Assembly: GCA_902533795.1 (NCBI GenBank)
Contig: CACAND010000001.1
Coordinates: forward strand, 238,844-302,843
Source: an uncultured Candidatus Actinomarina sp.
Lineage (GTDB): Bacteria; Actinomycetota; Acidimicrobiia; Actinomarinales; Actinomarinaceae
Direction of reading: 5' to 3'
Length of the DNA: 64,000 nt
A model generated the notes under the pieces. The model made no database searches, was not told the DNA's origin, and was given only the letters and a program-made list of their open reading frames with translations. This document shows, piece after piece, positions 45,462 through 54,020 of the stretch. The stretch's first letter is position 1. Every line of letters begins with the position of its first letter. The position numbers and the translations under genes were made by a program.

Positions 45462-46189
45462 TAAATATCGCTTAAAGAAGTAACTCTTGAAATAATCTCT
45501 TCTTGAGAAGGTTCCTCCATGTCGCTAGCTACTTCTCCATCTTTGAGCATTATTACTCTTTCAGCAAAAGAAGCTGCGTATGGATCATGAGTAACCATTA
45601 CAATCGTCTGATTCAATTCACTAACTACTGACTTCATAAAAGTTAGTAGTTCTTTACTTGACTTTGAATCTAAGTTTCCAGATGGTTCATCTGCAAAAAT
45701 TACTTCAGGCTTAGTTGCCATTGCTCGAGCTGCAGCAACTCTTTGTTGTTGTCCACCTGAAAGTTCATTAGGTCGATGATTTAATCTATCTCCAATATCA
45801 ACAGCATTGACAATTTGATTAATCCAATCCTCATCTGGTTTCTTGCCAGCAATTGAAGATGGGAGTGTGATATTTTCTTCTGCAGTCAATGTTGGAATTA
45901 AATTGAATGCCTGGAAAACAAAACCAAATGAATCTCTCCTCATTTTTGTTAACTCTTTATCGTTAAGATTGCCTAGATCAGTACCTTTAATAAATATCGA
46001 CCCAGAAGTTACTTTGTCCAGACCAGCAAGACAATGAAGCAAGGTAGATTTACCTGACCCAGATTGACCCATGATTGCTGTAAATTTATTCTCATAAAAA
46101 TCAAGATTTACATTATTTAAAGCTGTAACAGAGGTTCCTTCTTCTCCATAAATTTTTGTCAAATCTTTGGCAACTATTATCTTTTCCAT
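45461..46189 (-). CDS. ABC transporter ATP-binding protein (MacB/LolD-type)
   Basis: 242 aa. Has Walker A GQSGSGKST, signature LSGGQQQRV and Walker B IFADEP. Its stop overlaps the permease start. Confidence 0.9.
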   Translation of the reverse strand: MEKIIVAKDLTKIYGEEGTSVTALNNVNLDFYENKFTAIMGQSGSGKSTLLHCLAGLDKVTSGSIFIKGTDLGNLNDKELTKMRRDSFGFVFQAFNLIPTLTAEENITLPSSIAGKKPDEDWINQIVNAVDIGDRLNHRPNELSGGQQQRVAAARAMATKPEVIFADEPSGNLDSKSSKELLTFMKSVVSELNQTIVMVTHDPYAASFAERVIMLKDGEVASDMEEPSQEEIISRVTSLSDI

Positions 46190-46232
46190 TTAATAAAGAA
46201 TAGAAGAAATAAAGAATTTACTTAAATGAATT

Positions 46233-46260
46233 TTGCAACTTCAAGGTTATTTGGTACATT
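46233..46260 (+). promoter_or_regulatory. Candidate promoter of the trp leader / trpB2 operon
   Basis: TTGCAA, 16 nt, then TACATT. The -10 ends 7 nt before the leader-peptide ATG, which has no SD, so the transcript may be leaderless. Confidence 0.4.
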
Positions 46261-46267
46261 ATTAAAT

Positions 46268-46309
46268 ATGAAAAATATAACTAGCTGGAATTGGTGGACA
46301 ACTACATAG
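46268..46309 (+). CDS. Trp-rich leader peptide MKNITSWNWWTTT
   Basis: A 13-codon ORF read by hand, with three TGG codons at 46286, 46292 and 46295. It is followed by alternative pairings and a terminator upstream of trpB2. Confidence 0.7.
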   Translation: MKNITSWNWWTTT

Positions 46310-46335
46310 GTAGCTGCCCCACTAGTTAGTTCTTA

Positions 46336-46358
46336 ACCGGGCACAGCCCGGTTTTTTT
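46336..46358 (+). terminator. Attenuator terminator of the trp leader
   Basis: ACCGGGC-ACA-GCCCGGT (7 bp, GC-rich) followed by TTTTTTT. It lies 54 nt upstream of the trpB2 ATG. Confidence 0.8.
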
Positions 46359-46411
46359 ATTACTGTCACTGAAATTAAATCTCCGGGCTCAACCCAAAAG
46401 AAGGAGCAAAA

Positions 46412-47767
46412 ATGAAAGAACAGTATAAATATCTACTAAATGAGGATGATTTGCCAAAGCAGTGGTATAACATTGTTCCGGATTTACCAAATCCGTTACC
46501 ACCTCAGCTAAATCCTCAAACAATGGAGCCAATTGGTCCCGAAGATTTAGCCCCATTATTTCCAATGGGATTAATACTACAAGAGGTTTCTGATCAAAAT
46601 TATATTGATATTCCAGAACCAGTTTTAGAACTTTATAAGCTTTATAGGCCTTCGCCGATGTATAGAGCTCTAAGACTTGAAAGAGCTATAGGTACAAACT
46701 CAAGAATATATTACAAGTATGAAGGTGGATCACCTTCAGGATCTCATAAGCCTAACACAGCTATTCCACAAGCTTTTTTTAATGCTGAGGAAGGAATTAA
46801 AAAAATGGTCACAGAGACTGGAGCGGGTCAATGGGGTTCCGCTTTATCATTTGCTTGCCAGGCATTTGGTATTGAGCTTGAGGTATTTCAAGTAGCAGCA
46901 TCTTACGAATCAAAACCTTACAGGAAGACAATGATGGAGATCTACGGAGCGAAAGTTTATCCAAGTCCATCTGATAAAACAGATATTGGTAAGAAATTTT
47001 TAACAGAAGATCCGAATACGCCTGGAAGTTTAGGGATAGCTATTTCAGAAGCAATTGAAGTTGCTCGGAAAGAAGAAGGTACAAGATATGCGCTTGGAAG
47101 TGTTTTAAATCATGTACTTATGCATCAATCTGTAATTGGTCTTGAGGCATTGAAGCAAATGGAAATGGCTGAAGATTACCCAGATGTTATTGTTGGCTGT
47201 ACAGGAGGTGGATCAAACTTTACTGGTTTATTTTCACCATTTTTAAGAAATAATATATTAACGGATCAAAAAGCAACAATCCGCGCTGTTGAGCCAGAGG
47301 CTTGTCCTTCGTTAACTAAAGGCGTGTATACATACGACTTTGGCGATTCAGTTGGTTTGGCTCCTGTTGTAAAAATGCACACTTTAGGATCTAGTTTTGT
47401 TCCAGACCCAATACATGCTGGAGGATTGCGATATCACGGTATGGCACCACTGGTAAGCGCAATGTATGAAGAGAATCTAATAGAAGCAGAAGCAATTGGT
47501 CAAAAAGAATGTTTTGAGGCTGGTCAGCTTTTTGCTAAAACTGAAGGTATTGTACCGGCCCCAGAAGCCACTCACGCAATTGCCTCCGCAATAAGAGCAG
47601 CCAAAGATGCTGACCAAAATTCAAAAGAAATTGCTGTGTTAACTGCTATGTGTGGACATGGACATTTTGATATGAAGGCATACGAGAACTTTTTAAGTGG
47701 TGAAATGATTGACTATGAATTTCCTGCTGACAAAGTGAAAGTTGCTTTGGAGTCAGTTAAGAAATAG
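46412..47767 (+). CDS. trpB: Tryptophan synthase beta chain, TrpB2 (stand-alone, long-form) type
   Basis: 451 aa. The N-terminal extension with LPKQWYNIVPDLPNPLPP is typical of TrpB2. PLP-Lys motif YEGGSPSGSHKPNTA and GCTGGGSNF are present. AAGGAG SD. Confidence 0.85.
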   Translation: MKEQYKYLLNEDDLPKQWYNIVPDLPNPLPPQLNPQTMEPIGPEDLAPLFPMGLILQEVSDQNYIDIPEPVLELYKLYRPSPMYRALRLERAIGTNSRIYYKYEGGSPSGSHKPNTAIPQAFFNAEEGIKKMVTETGAGQWGSALSFACQAFGIELEVFQVAASYESKPYRKTMMEIYGAKVYPSPSDKTDIGKKFLTEDPNTPGSLGIAISEAIEVARKEEGTRYALGSVLNHVLMHQSVIGLEALKQMEMAEDYPDVIVGCTGGGSNFTGLFSPFLRNNILTDQKATIRAVEPEACPSLTKGVYTYDFGDSVGLAPVVKMHTLGSSFVPDPIHAGGLRYHGMAPLVSAMYEENLIEAEAIGQKECFEAGQLFAKTEGIVPAPEATHAIASAIRAAKDADQNSKEIAVLTAMCGHGHFDMKAYENFLSGEMIDYEFPADKVKVALESVKK

Positions 47768-47771
47768 AGTT

Positions 47772-50009
47772 ATGACTGAAAATCAATTGACTTATGGAAA
47801 TAAAGCTAAAAATTTAGAATTTGTAGCTAGAAATACAGATATTGAAATTCCATACTTTAAACAAATTTATTTAGAAGATTTAGAACATATTGAAAAAATT
47901 CTTGTTAATTTTTCTAAAAAAATAATGATAAGAAGTAATAGTTCTGAGGAGGACGAAGAAAGGTTTTCAAGTGCAGGAAAATATCTATCTTTAGGTCCGA
48001 TAGATAAACAAAATATCGTAGCTATTAAGAAATCATTTACGATGGTGCTTGATAGCTACGGTGAAAAAGTTAATCAGTCAGTAATTTTTCAAAATTATGT
48101 AGACAACGCTAAAAGCGTCTCAGTAATAACTTCATATAAAGTAGGAACTGACTCTGCATATAGATCATTTTCTACTTATTTTGGGTCTGAAACTGAAGCC
48201 GTCACATCAGGCAAATATGGTGAAATAGAGAATTTCTTTATGCACAGATCTGTTGACTATCTGCCAAATAAATATGAGAAAAATAACGTTTATCTAAAAG
48301 TAATGACACAACTTGAAGACTTATTTAAAAATAAACAACTAGATATTGAAATGGTTCTTGATAAAAATAATTCCCCACAGCTGCTCCAAGTAAGACCATT
48401 GATGGGCAAAAAGCTCAATAAAGATTCTATATTTGATGAAAAAAAAGTTATCGATAAAAATTTAGAAAAATATAACAAGCTAAGCGAAACAACTTCAGAT
48501 CGATTTGGCTCAAATAAAATTTACAGCAATATGTCAGATATGAATCCAGCTGAAATGATAGGTAAAAAACCTGACAATATTGCTTTTGGTTTATATAAGT
48601 TCATGTTCACTGATACAACATGGAATATACAACGTGGAGAGTTTGGTTATCGCGAATATTCTGGTGGAAAATTGATGGAAATGTTTAATAATGTGGCATA
48701 TATAAATGTAAATCACAGTCTTAATAGTTTTCTTACAAGAAACTTACAAAAAGAAAGCTGTGAAAAAATAATTAATTATCAGCTAAGTAAATTAAAAGAA
48801 AACCCGCACTTGCATGACTCTATAGAGTTTGATATTTCTAGGTCGTCATATATTTTTGATACAGTTGAAGAATTTTCTAAAGAATATAAAAATATAATTG
48901 ATAAAAATGAAATTATTCAATGGCATAGTGATTTAGTTCAAATTGATTCACAAAATAAAACTACTTTAGAAAAAAATAAAGAAATTATTTTAAGAACTTT
49001 CTCAAAATTGGATAAGAGCTTTGAGTATTTAAAAAAAGAAAATATAACACTAATAAGAGATACCATGGCCCTTCCTTTTACCCATCATTCGAGATTAGGA
49101 TTTGTATACTTTGCTCAACTTAATAGCCTTCTTGAAAAGGGAGTTATTACAGAAGATCAAAAAAAATTATTGCTTTTATCAGTTAATTCCATAAGTACAA
49201 AAATGAAAGCTGATGCGTATGAAGTCAAAATTGGAAAAAAAACATTGAACGACTTTTTTGATGTTTATGGTCATATAAGAGCTGGAAATTATAATCTTTC
49301 ATCATCAAACTTAAAAAACAATTTAAGTTTTACTGAATCACTGATTAACAATAGTGGGCAACCTTTGGAAGACAATATTTTACCAAAGGATATATTTACG
49401 AATATTGAAAAATATTTCATAGTAAACAATATTCCCTTAAAGGCGTCTGCTTGGATAGATATGTTTCAAGACGGAATTTCAACAAGAGAAAACTCTAAAT
49501 TTTATTACACCAAAGGTATAGATGGAATTTTAAATGAAATAAGTGAAAAAAATACCAGCGATAGAGAATTGTTTGATTTACTAGATATTGAATTTAATGA
49601 AGAAAATACTAGTGATATGAGATTAAAGAATGTATTAATGCCCGATTTAATTACTTCTAACGAAGACTTTTATTTTTACGAAGAAATGAGTAAAAATGGA
49701 AATTATATAGGTCAGGGAACAATAAATGGGGACGTTTTATTGATAGATAATGAAGCTAATCGTCCTGAAAATCTTGACAATAAAATAGTCGTTATTCCGG
49801 CTGCAGACCCAGGTTGGGATTGGATCTTCAACTACAAAATAAAATCGCTAATTACAAAGTATGGAGGACCAAACTCTCATATGGCCATTAGATGTGCTGA
49901 ACATAATATCCCAGCAATTCTTGGTGTTGGAGAAAACAATTTTACAGTTATAGCAAACTCAAAAAGTTTAGAAATAGATTTTTCCAATGAAAGCTTTTCA
50001 AATGTATAA
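47772..50009 (+). CDS. PEP-utilising-family phosphotransferase: N-terminal ATP-grasp (PPDK_N-like) plus C-terminal phosphohistidine swivel domain, no PEP/pyruvate TIM barrel
   Basis: YGNKAKNLEF and IRSNSSEEDEERFSSAGKYLS (cf. GGKxxNL / VRSSAxxED...SFAG). C-terminal KYGGPNSHMAIRCAEHNIPAILGVG swivel-His motif. The ATG at 47772 lies 4 nt after the trpB2 stop; the ORF-track start at 47742 is TTG. Confidence 0.65.
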   Translation: MTENQLTYGNKAKNLEFVARNTDIEIPYFKQIYLEDLEHIEKILVNFSKKIMIRSNSSEEDEERFSSAGKYLSLGPIDKQNIVAIKKSFTMVLDSYGEKVNQSVIFQNYVDNAKSVSVITSYKVGTDSAYRSFSTYFGSETEAVTSGKYGEIENFFMHRSVDYLPNKYEKNNVYLKVMTQLEDLFKNKQLDIEMVLDKNNSPQLLQVRPLMGKKLNKDSIFDEKKVIDKNLEKYNKLSETTSDRFGSNKIYSNMSDMNPAEMIGKKPDNIAFGLYKFMFTDTTWNIQRGEFGYREYSGGKLMEMFNNVAYINVNHSLNSFLTRNLQKESCEKIINYQLSKLKENPHLHDSIEFDISRSSYIFDTVEEFSKEYKNIIDKNEIIQWHSDLVQIDSQNKTTLEKNKEIILRTFSKLDKSFEYLKKENITLIRDTMALPFTHHSRLGFVYFAQLNSLLEKGVITEDQKKLLLLSVNSISTKMKADAYEVKIGKKTLNDFFDVYGHIRAGNYNLSSSNLKNNLSFTESLINNSGQPLEDNILPKDIFTNIEKYFIVNNIPLKASAWIDMFQDGISTRENSKFYYTKGIDGILNEISEKNTSDRELFDLLDIEFNEENTSDMRLKNVLMPDLITSNEDFYFYEEMSKNGNYIGQGTINGDVLLIDNEANRPENLDNKIVVIPAADPGWDWIFNYKIKSLITKYGGPNSHMAIRCAEHNIPAILGVGENNFTVIANSKSLEIDFSNESFSNV

Positions 50010-50038
50010 ATATTTTAGAAATACCTCTTGCTTAGTAG

Positions 50039-50521
50039 TCAGCCTAAAGACAGAGTGGTTATCTCCTTCCACTCAGATACTGTGGGGCCAGTTTTATAAA
50101 GCTCTAAAGTATCAAATGTAATAGTTGTGGGGATGAGATTATCAAAATTTGTAGAATTATAAGATTTCGGTAACTCATTCCCATAATAAAGAGAAAGGTG
50201 GGGGACCCATAAACTTGGCCAACTTTCAAGATTTATTACTAAATTGTTGAATGGAATATTATCAGATGCTGTTAAGTAAAGTCTTTGAAAGTAGCTTTCG
50301 CCTTCGCAGATTCTATCAAAGGTCACTGTAATTTTTTCTTTTTTAATCTGATCTAGAATATCATTTGCTTTTTCTTGTGAATTAATTTTTGTAACAAGAG
50401 TGACGTGGGGATCAAATGAAACTTTGTTCTCTTCTTTAGCAAAAGAATCAATTTGATTTTTAATATTTCCTACATCATCAGAAGAAGACTTCACCCATAT
50501 TGAAAATGTCTGTTCTTCCAA
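50039..50521 (-). CDS. 2H phosphoesterase superfamily protein (cyclic phosphodiesterase/LigT-like)
   Basis: 160 aa with two HxT/S motifs about 70 aa apart (PHVTLV, PHLSLY). Confidence 0.5.
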   Translation of the reverse strand: MEEQTFSIWVKSSSDDVGNIKNQIDSFAKEENKVSFDPHVTLVTKINSQEKANDILDQIKKEKITVTFDRICEGESYFQRLYLTASDNIPFNNLVINLESWPSLWVPHLSLYYGNELPKSYNSTNFDNLIPTTITFDTLELYKTGPTVSEWKEITTLSLG

Positions 50522-50527
50522 AATATC

Positions 50528-51385
50528 TTATCTATTTTTGATTTTTGATTTACTTGAAATATATGACAATAGAAAAACTGTTGAAGCCACTAATGACATA
50601 GAAGGACCAGTAGGTAAATCAAGATGATATGAAATGATTAAACCAGCTACAGATGAAATAATACCAAAAGCTATGCTGACTTTAATTGAGTCTATGAATG
50701 TATTTGTAATTAGCTTTGCTGATGCAGCAGGAATTATCAACATACTCAAAACTAAAATTATCCCTACTGTTTGAAGAGCGCTTACAACAGCTAAAGACAA
50801 TGTTATTAAAAATAGATAATTAAGAAAGTTGGTATTTAAACCTTTTACTTCAGCTCCTATTGGGTCAAATGAATAAAATAAAAGCTGTTTGAAGAAAATT
50901 ACAATAGTTCCAATCACTATTAAAAATAAAGCTGTGATGATATAAATATCACTTCTATTCACAGCTAATATTTGACCAAACAGAAGATCTTCCAAGTTGA
51001 TTGTTACATTGAGGAGCTTTATCAATATAAAACCTAAAGCAAAAAAAGTCGAAAAGATTATACCTATTGAGGTGTCTTCCCCAATTTTTGTATTTTTAAC
51101 TATAAAGCCAAGGAATATAGCCACGACAATAGCTGCTGGTGCTCCTAGTTCTGAAATACTAAACCCAAAGAAAACACCTACTGCAATTATAGGAAGAGTT
51201 GCGTGAGCCATAGCATCAGCCATAAAACCCATATTTCTGTTGATTGTAAATGTTCCTAGTGTTGAAAGAGTTGCCCCACAAAAAACTGCTGCGATAAGTG
51301 CTCTTATCATAAAATCATATTGGAAAGGGTCTATTAAAAGTTCAGATAACATATTAAGAGCCGTGACTACCTGGTTTGTGATCAA
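50528..51385 (-). CDS. znuB: Metal (Zn/Mn) ABC transporter permease, ABC-3 family
   Basis: 285 aa, about 8 TM, lying in an operon after the ATPase and the cluster-9 binding protein. Confidence 0.8.
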   Translation of the reverse strand: MITNQVVTALNMLSELLIDPFQYDFMIRALIAAVFCGATLSTLGTFTINRNMGFMADAMAHATLPIIAVGVFFGFSISELGAPAAIVVAIFLGFIVKNTKIGEDTSIGIIFSTFFALGFILIKLLNVTINLEDLLFGQILAVNRSDIYIITALFLIVIGTIVIFFKQLLFYSFDPIGAEVKGLNTNFLNYLFLITLSLAVVSALQTVGIILVLSMLIIPAASAKLITNTFIDSIKVSIAFGIISSVAGLIISYHLDLPTGPSMSLVASTVFLLSYISSKSKIKNR

Positions 51386-52133
51386 GAAACATATTTTCGT
51401 GTGAGCCGTACATTTCTTCTATCACTTCTTCTGTAAGAACTTCCAACGGGTCTCCAAAAGCACAACAATGCCTATTTAAACATAAAACTTCATCAAATTT
51501 ATCTTCTAGATTGTTGATGTCGTGTGTAGCAACTAATATCGTTTTTTCTTTAAGATCACTTCCATTGATTATTTTCATTATGTCTTCTTGAGCTCCAACA
51601 TCGATAGCGCTGAACGCTTCATCAAGTAACAAAATAATAGAATCTTGTATCAAAGCTTTTGCTAACAGAACTCGCTGTTGTTGTCCTCCTGATAGGTTGT
51701 TTATATTTTCTTCACTTTTATCCAAGATTCCAACTTGATCAAGAGATTCATTTATCATCTCTGCATTTTTTTTCTGATTAAAACTTAATAAAGTACTTTT
51801 ATCTGTCAATCCCATCTCTACAACCTGTTTTACAGAAAGTTGAAAATTCCAATTTAAAGAATCTTTTTGTGGAATGTAGCTAATCATTCCTTTTGCCTTA
51901 AGCGGATCCAAACCATCTATCTTTAATGAACCGCTAGACAGTGGAATTAATCCGGCTAATGCTTTGAATAAGGTCGATTTTCCACCACCATTTGGACCAA
52001 CTACTGCAATTTTTTTACCTTTTGTAATTGAGAAAGTTACATCATCAATAGCAAGAGCTTCTCCATACTGAACACAGCAACCATCTGAGACAATTAACCA
52101 TTCTGATTCGTAAATGTTTTCTTTTGTAGTCAT
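51354..52133 (-). CDS. znuC: Metal ABC transporter ATP-binding protein
   Basis: 259 aa. Has Walker A GPNGGGKST, LSGGQQQRV and LLLDEA. Confidence 0.85.
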   Translation of the reverse strand: MTTKENIYESEWLIVSDGCCVQYGEALAIDDVTFSITKGKKIAVVGPNGGGKSTLFKALAGLIPLSSGSLKIDGLDPLKAKGMISYIPQKDSLNWNFQLSVKQVVEMGLTDKSTLLSFNQKKNAEMINESLDQVGILDKSEENINNLSGGQQQRVLLAKALIQDSIILLLDEAFSAIDVGAQEDIMKIINGSDLKEKTILVATHDINNLEDKFDEVLCLNRHCCAFGDPLEVLTEEVIEEMYGSHENMFLDHKPGSHGS

Positions 52134-52193
52134 AAAGACCTCTTAGAAGTCCTTGAAACTATCTTAAATTATAATTAATCAAGATCCTTCTTG

Positions 52194-53219
52194 TTATTTC
52201 AAGTTATTTACAATCAACTCTACATTGCTTATTAAGAACTCGCTATAAGATTGATTTGGTTTTAATGTCTCAACATATAAACCTGTCACAAGCGTTATAC
52301 CAGTTTCTTGAGAAAGAGTTTCTGCGTAAACCGAAGGTGTTTCTGACTCAACAAACATGACTTTTACACCTTCTTTTTCTATAACTTCAATAACTTCAAC
52401 CAAATCTGATGGAGAAACCTCATCTGATGAATCTAAACTTGGAATAATAGTTGCAAGAACTTCTAATCCAAATTTTGCTTCAAGGTAACCAAGTGACTCA
52501 TGAGTTGTAATAAGTTTTCTGTTTCCAGATGGAATCATTCCAATTAACTCAATAACTTCATTTACTAATCCTTTTAGCTCAGTAGTAAAAGTATCTGTCA
52601 AAGATTTATAGCTTTCCTCATTTGTTGGATCATATTGTATTAACTTTCCTTCAATGTATTCAGCAGCATAAGAAACTCTGTTTGGATCAAACCAGAAATG
52701 AGGGTCGTATGCGCCATGACCATGTCCTTCATGCTCATCATGACCCTCTTCTTCATCATCATGACCTTCTTCTTCATCGTCATGACCTTCTTCACCGTGA
52801 TCATCATGATCGTCATGACCACCTTCTTTAAATTCTATAGGGAAAACGCTTTCACCTACTTCAGCTAAAACCTCTGGACTGCATGCTGAACTTTCTAATA
52901 GCTTCAAAAGTGGTGCAGGTTCATACTTCAATCCAGTGAAAAATATAAGATCTGCTTCAGCTATGGTTGTAGCGTCTTGAGGTGATGGATCATAAGTATG
53001 CGGGTTTGCTTCAGGGGGCATTAAAACTGTAAGACTAATATTGTCTCCACCTACCTGGCTAACAAATTCACCCATCATAGGTGTTGTAGCTAGTACGTTT
53101 AAAGTATCTCCATCTTCTCTTTCACGGCAACTAGACTCATCAGTGCCGCTACCAGTACAAGCAACAAGAACCAATGAAAGTGCTAATACTGCGTATTTAA
53201 ACATAGGTTTATTGTTCAT
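52194..53219 (-). CDS. znuA: Zinc ABC transporter substrate-binding lipoprotein with His/Asp/Glu-rich loop
   Basis: 341 aa. Lipobox LVACTGS, metal ligands (NPHTYD, DPHFW, THESLGY), and a long HDDHDDHGEEGHDDEEEGHDDEEEGHDEHEGHGHG loop typical of ZnuA. Confidence 0.82.
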   Translation of the reverse strand: MNNKPMFKYAVLALSLVLVACTGSGTDESSCREREDGDTLNVLATTPMMGEFVSQVGGDNISLTVLMPPEANPHTYDPSPQDATTIAEADLIFFTGLKYEPAPLLKLLESSACSPEVLAEVGESVFPIEFKEGGHDDHDDHGEEGHDDEEEGHDDEEEGHDEHEGHGHGAYDPHFWFDPNRVSYAAEYIEGKLIQYDPTNEESYKSLTDTFTTELKGLVNEVIELIGMIPSGNRKLITTHESLGYLEAKFGLEVLATIIPSLDSSDEVSPSDLVEVIEVIEKEGVKVMFVESETPSVYAETLSQETGITLVTGLYVETLKPNQSYSEFLISNVELIVNNLK

Positions 53220-53251
53220 TTATTTTCCTTATCTAAATTTTAAAATACAAT

Positions 53252-53272
53252 AAATGAGATTAAGTCTCATTT
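53252..53272. promoter_or_regulatory. Candidate Zur/Fur-family operator
   Basis: AAATGAGAT-TAA-GTCTCATTT, a 9-3-9 AT-rich inverted repeat (8/9 arm matches). It lies 33 nt upstream of the znuA start, in the znuA/zur divergent spacer. Confidence 0.45.
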
Positions 53273-53325
53273 TTCTTTTTGTCAAGCCCGTATTCATTGA
53301 ATTTCATATTTTTTTATTGTTGAAA

Positions 53326-53781
53326 ATGAACTATGATTATTTAGTCATGGATAATTCAAGAAAAATTTTAACTGAACACAAAGTATCTATTACGAATCCA
53401 AGAATTGTTGTACTAGAAGCTTTACTAGAACTTAAAAGTCCAATTACGGTTGATGAACTTTTAGAACAACTTAAAAATAAAGTAGCTAAATCAACATTGT
53501 ATAGAGTGTTAAACGATTTAAAAGATATAAACATTTTGCATGAATTTTCGACACCTGAAAATCAGACTGTGGTTGAACTTATATTGGAAGATCACTCACA
53601 TCATCATCATTTATTTTGTAGTGATTGTGGTGAAATAATAGATGTAGAGATGGCTACAGAATTTGAAAATAGACTATTAAAAGAGATAAAAAGAATTGAG
53701 AAAAAATTTAATTTTGTAATTGACGATCACAGGCTTGAATTGTTTGGTAAATGTACAGATCTGTGTGTGAATTGTAAATAA
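53326..53781 (+). CDS. zur: Fur-family metalloregulator, probably Zur
   Basis: The ATG at 53326 gives 151 aa, whereas the ORF-track start at 53254 adds an implausible hydrophobic extension. Has a winged-helix N-terminus, HSHHHHLFCSDCG and a C-terminal CxxxCxxC. Divergent from znuABC. Confidence 0.72.
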   Translation: MNYDYLVMDNSRKILTEHKVSITNPRIVVLEALLELKSPITVDELLEQLKNKVAKSTLYRVLNDLKDINILHEFSTPENQTVVELILEDHSHHHHLFCSDCGEIIDVEMATEFENRLLKEIKRIEKKFNFVIDDHRLELFGKCTDLCVNCK

Positions 53782-53786
53782 GTTCT

Positions 53787-53963
53787 TTAAAGTATTATTC
53801 CAATTAAAGATGCCTGAATTAGCATAGAATCTATTATCTGATAGCTGTGGAGTTCTAATAATCTGTTAACTACCGGAACTATAACTGTATCTGCGCTTTC
53901 ATTCTTAACAGCAAGATAAGCTGTCTCATATCCTTGATTTGTTAGGTTACATATAACACACAT
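53787..53963 (-). CDS. Possible 58-aa protein MCVICNLTNQGYETAYLAVKNESADTVIVPVVNRLLELHSYQIIDSMLIQASLIGIIL
   Basis: Translated by hand (below the ORF-track length cutoff). It is the only open frame filling the 239-nt gap after zur. N-terminal CxxC. No SD checked convincingly. Confidence 0.25.
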   Translation of the reverse strand: MCVICNLTNQGYETAYLAVKNESADTVIVPVVNRLLELHSYQIIDSMLIQASLIGIIL

Positions 53964-54020
53964 AATTTTTTCCCTGTTAAGTACAATTTTAAAAAACTAT
54001 ATATATATTGTAAACAGCAA

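Noticed and set aside
52622-52831. His-rich ORFs on both strands (52622..52831 plus strand, 52640..52822 minus strand) inside znuA.
   Set aside because: They are alternative readings of the GAT/GAA/CAT/GGT-repetitive DNA that encodes the ZnuA His/Asp/Glu loop. The znuA frame is continuous and carries all family motifs.
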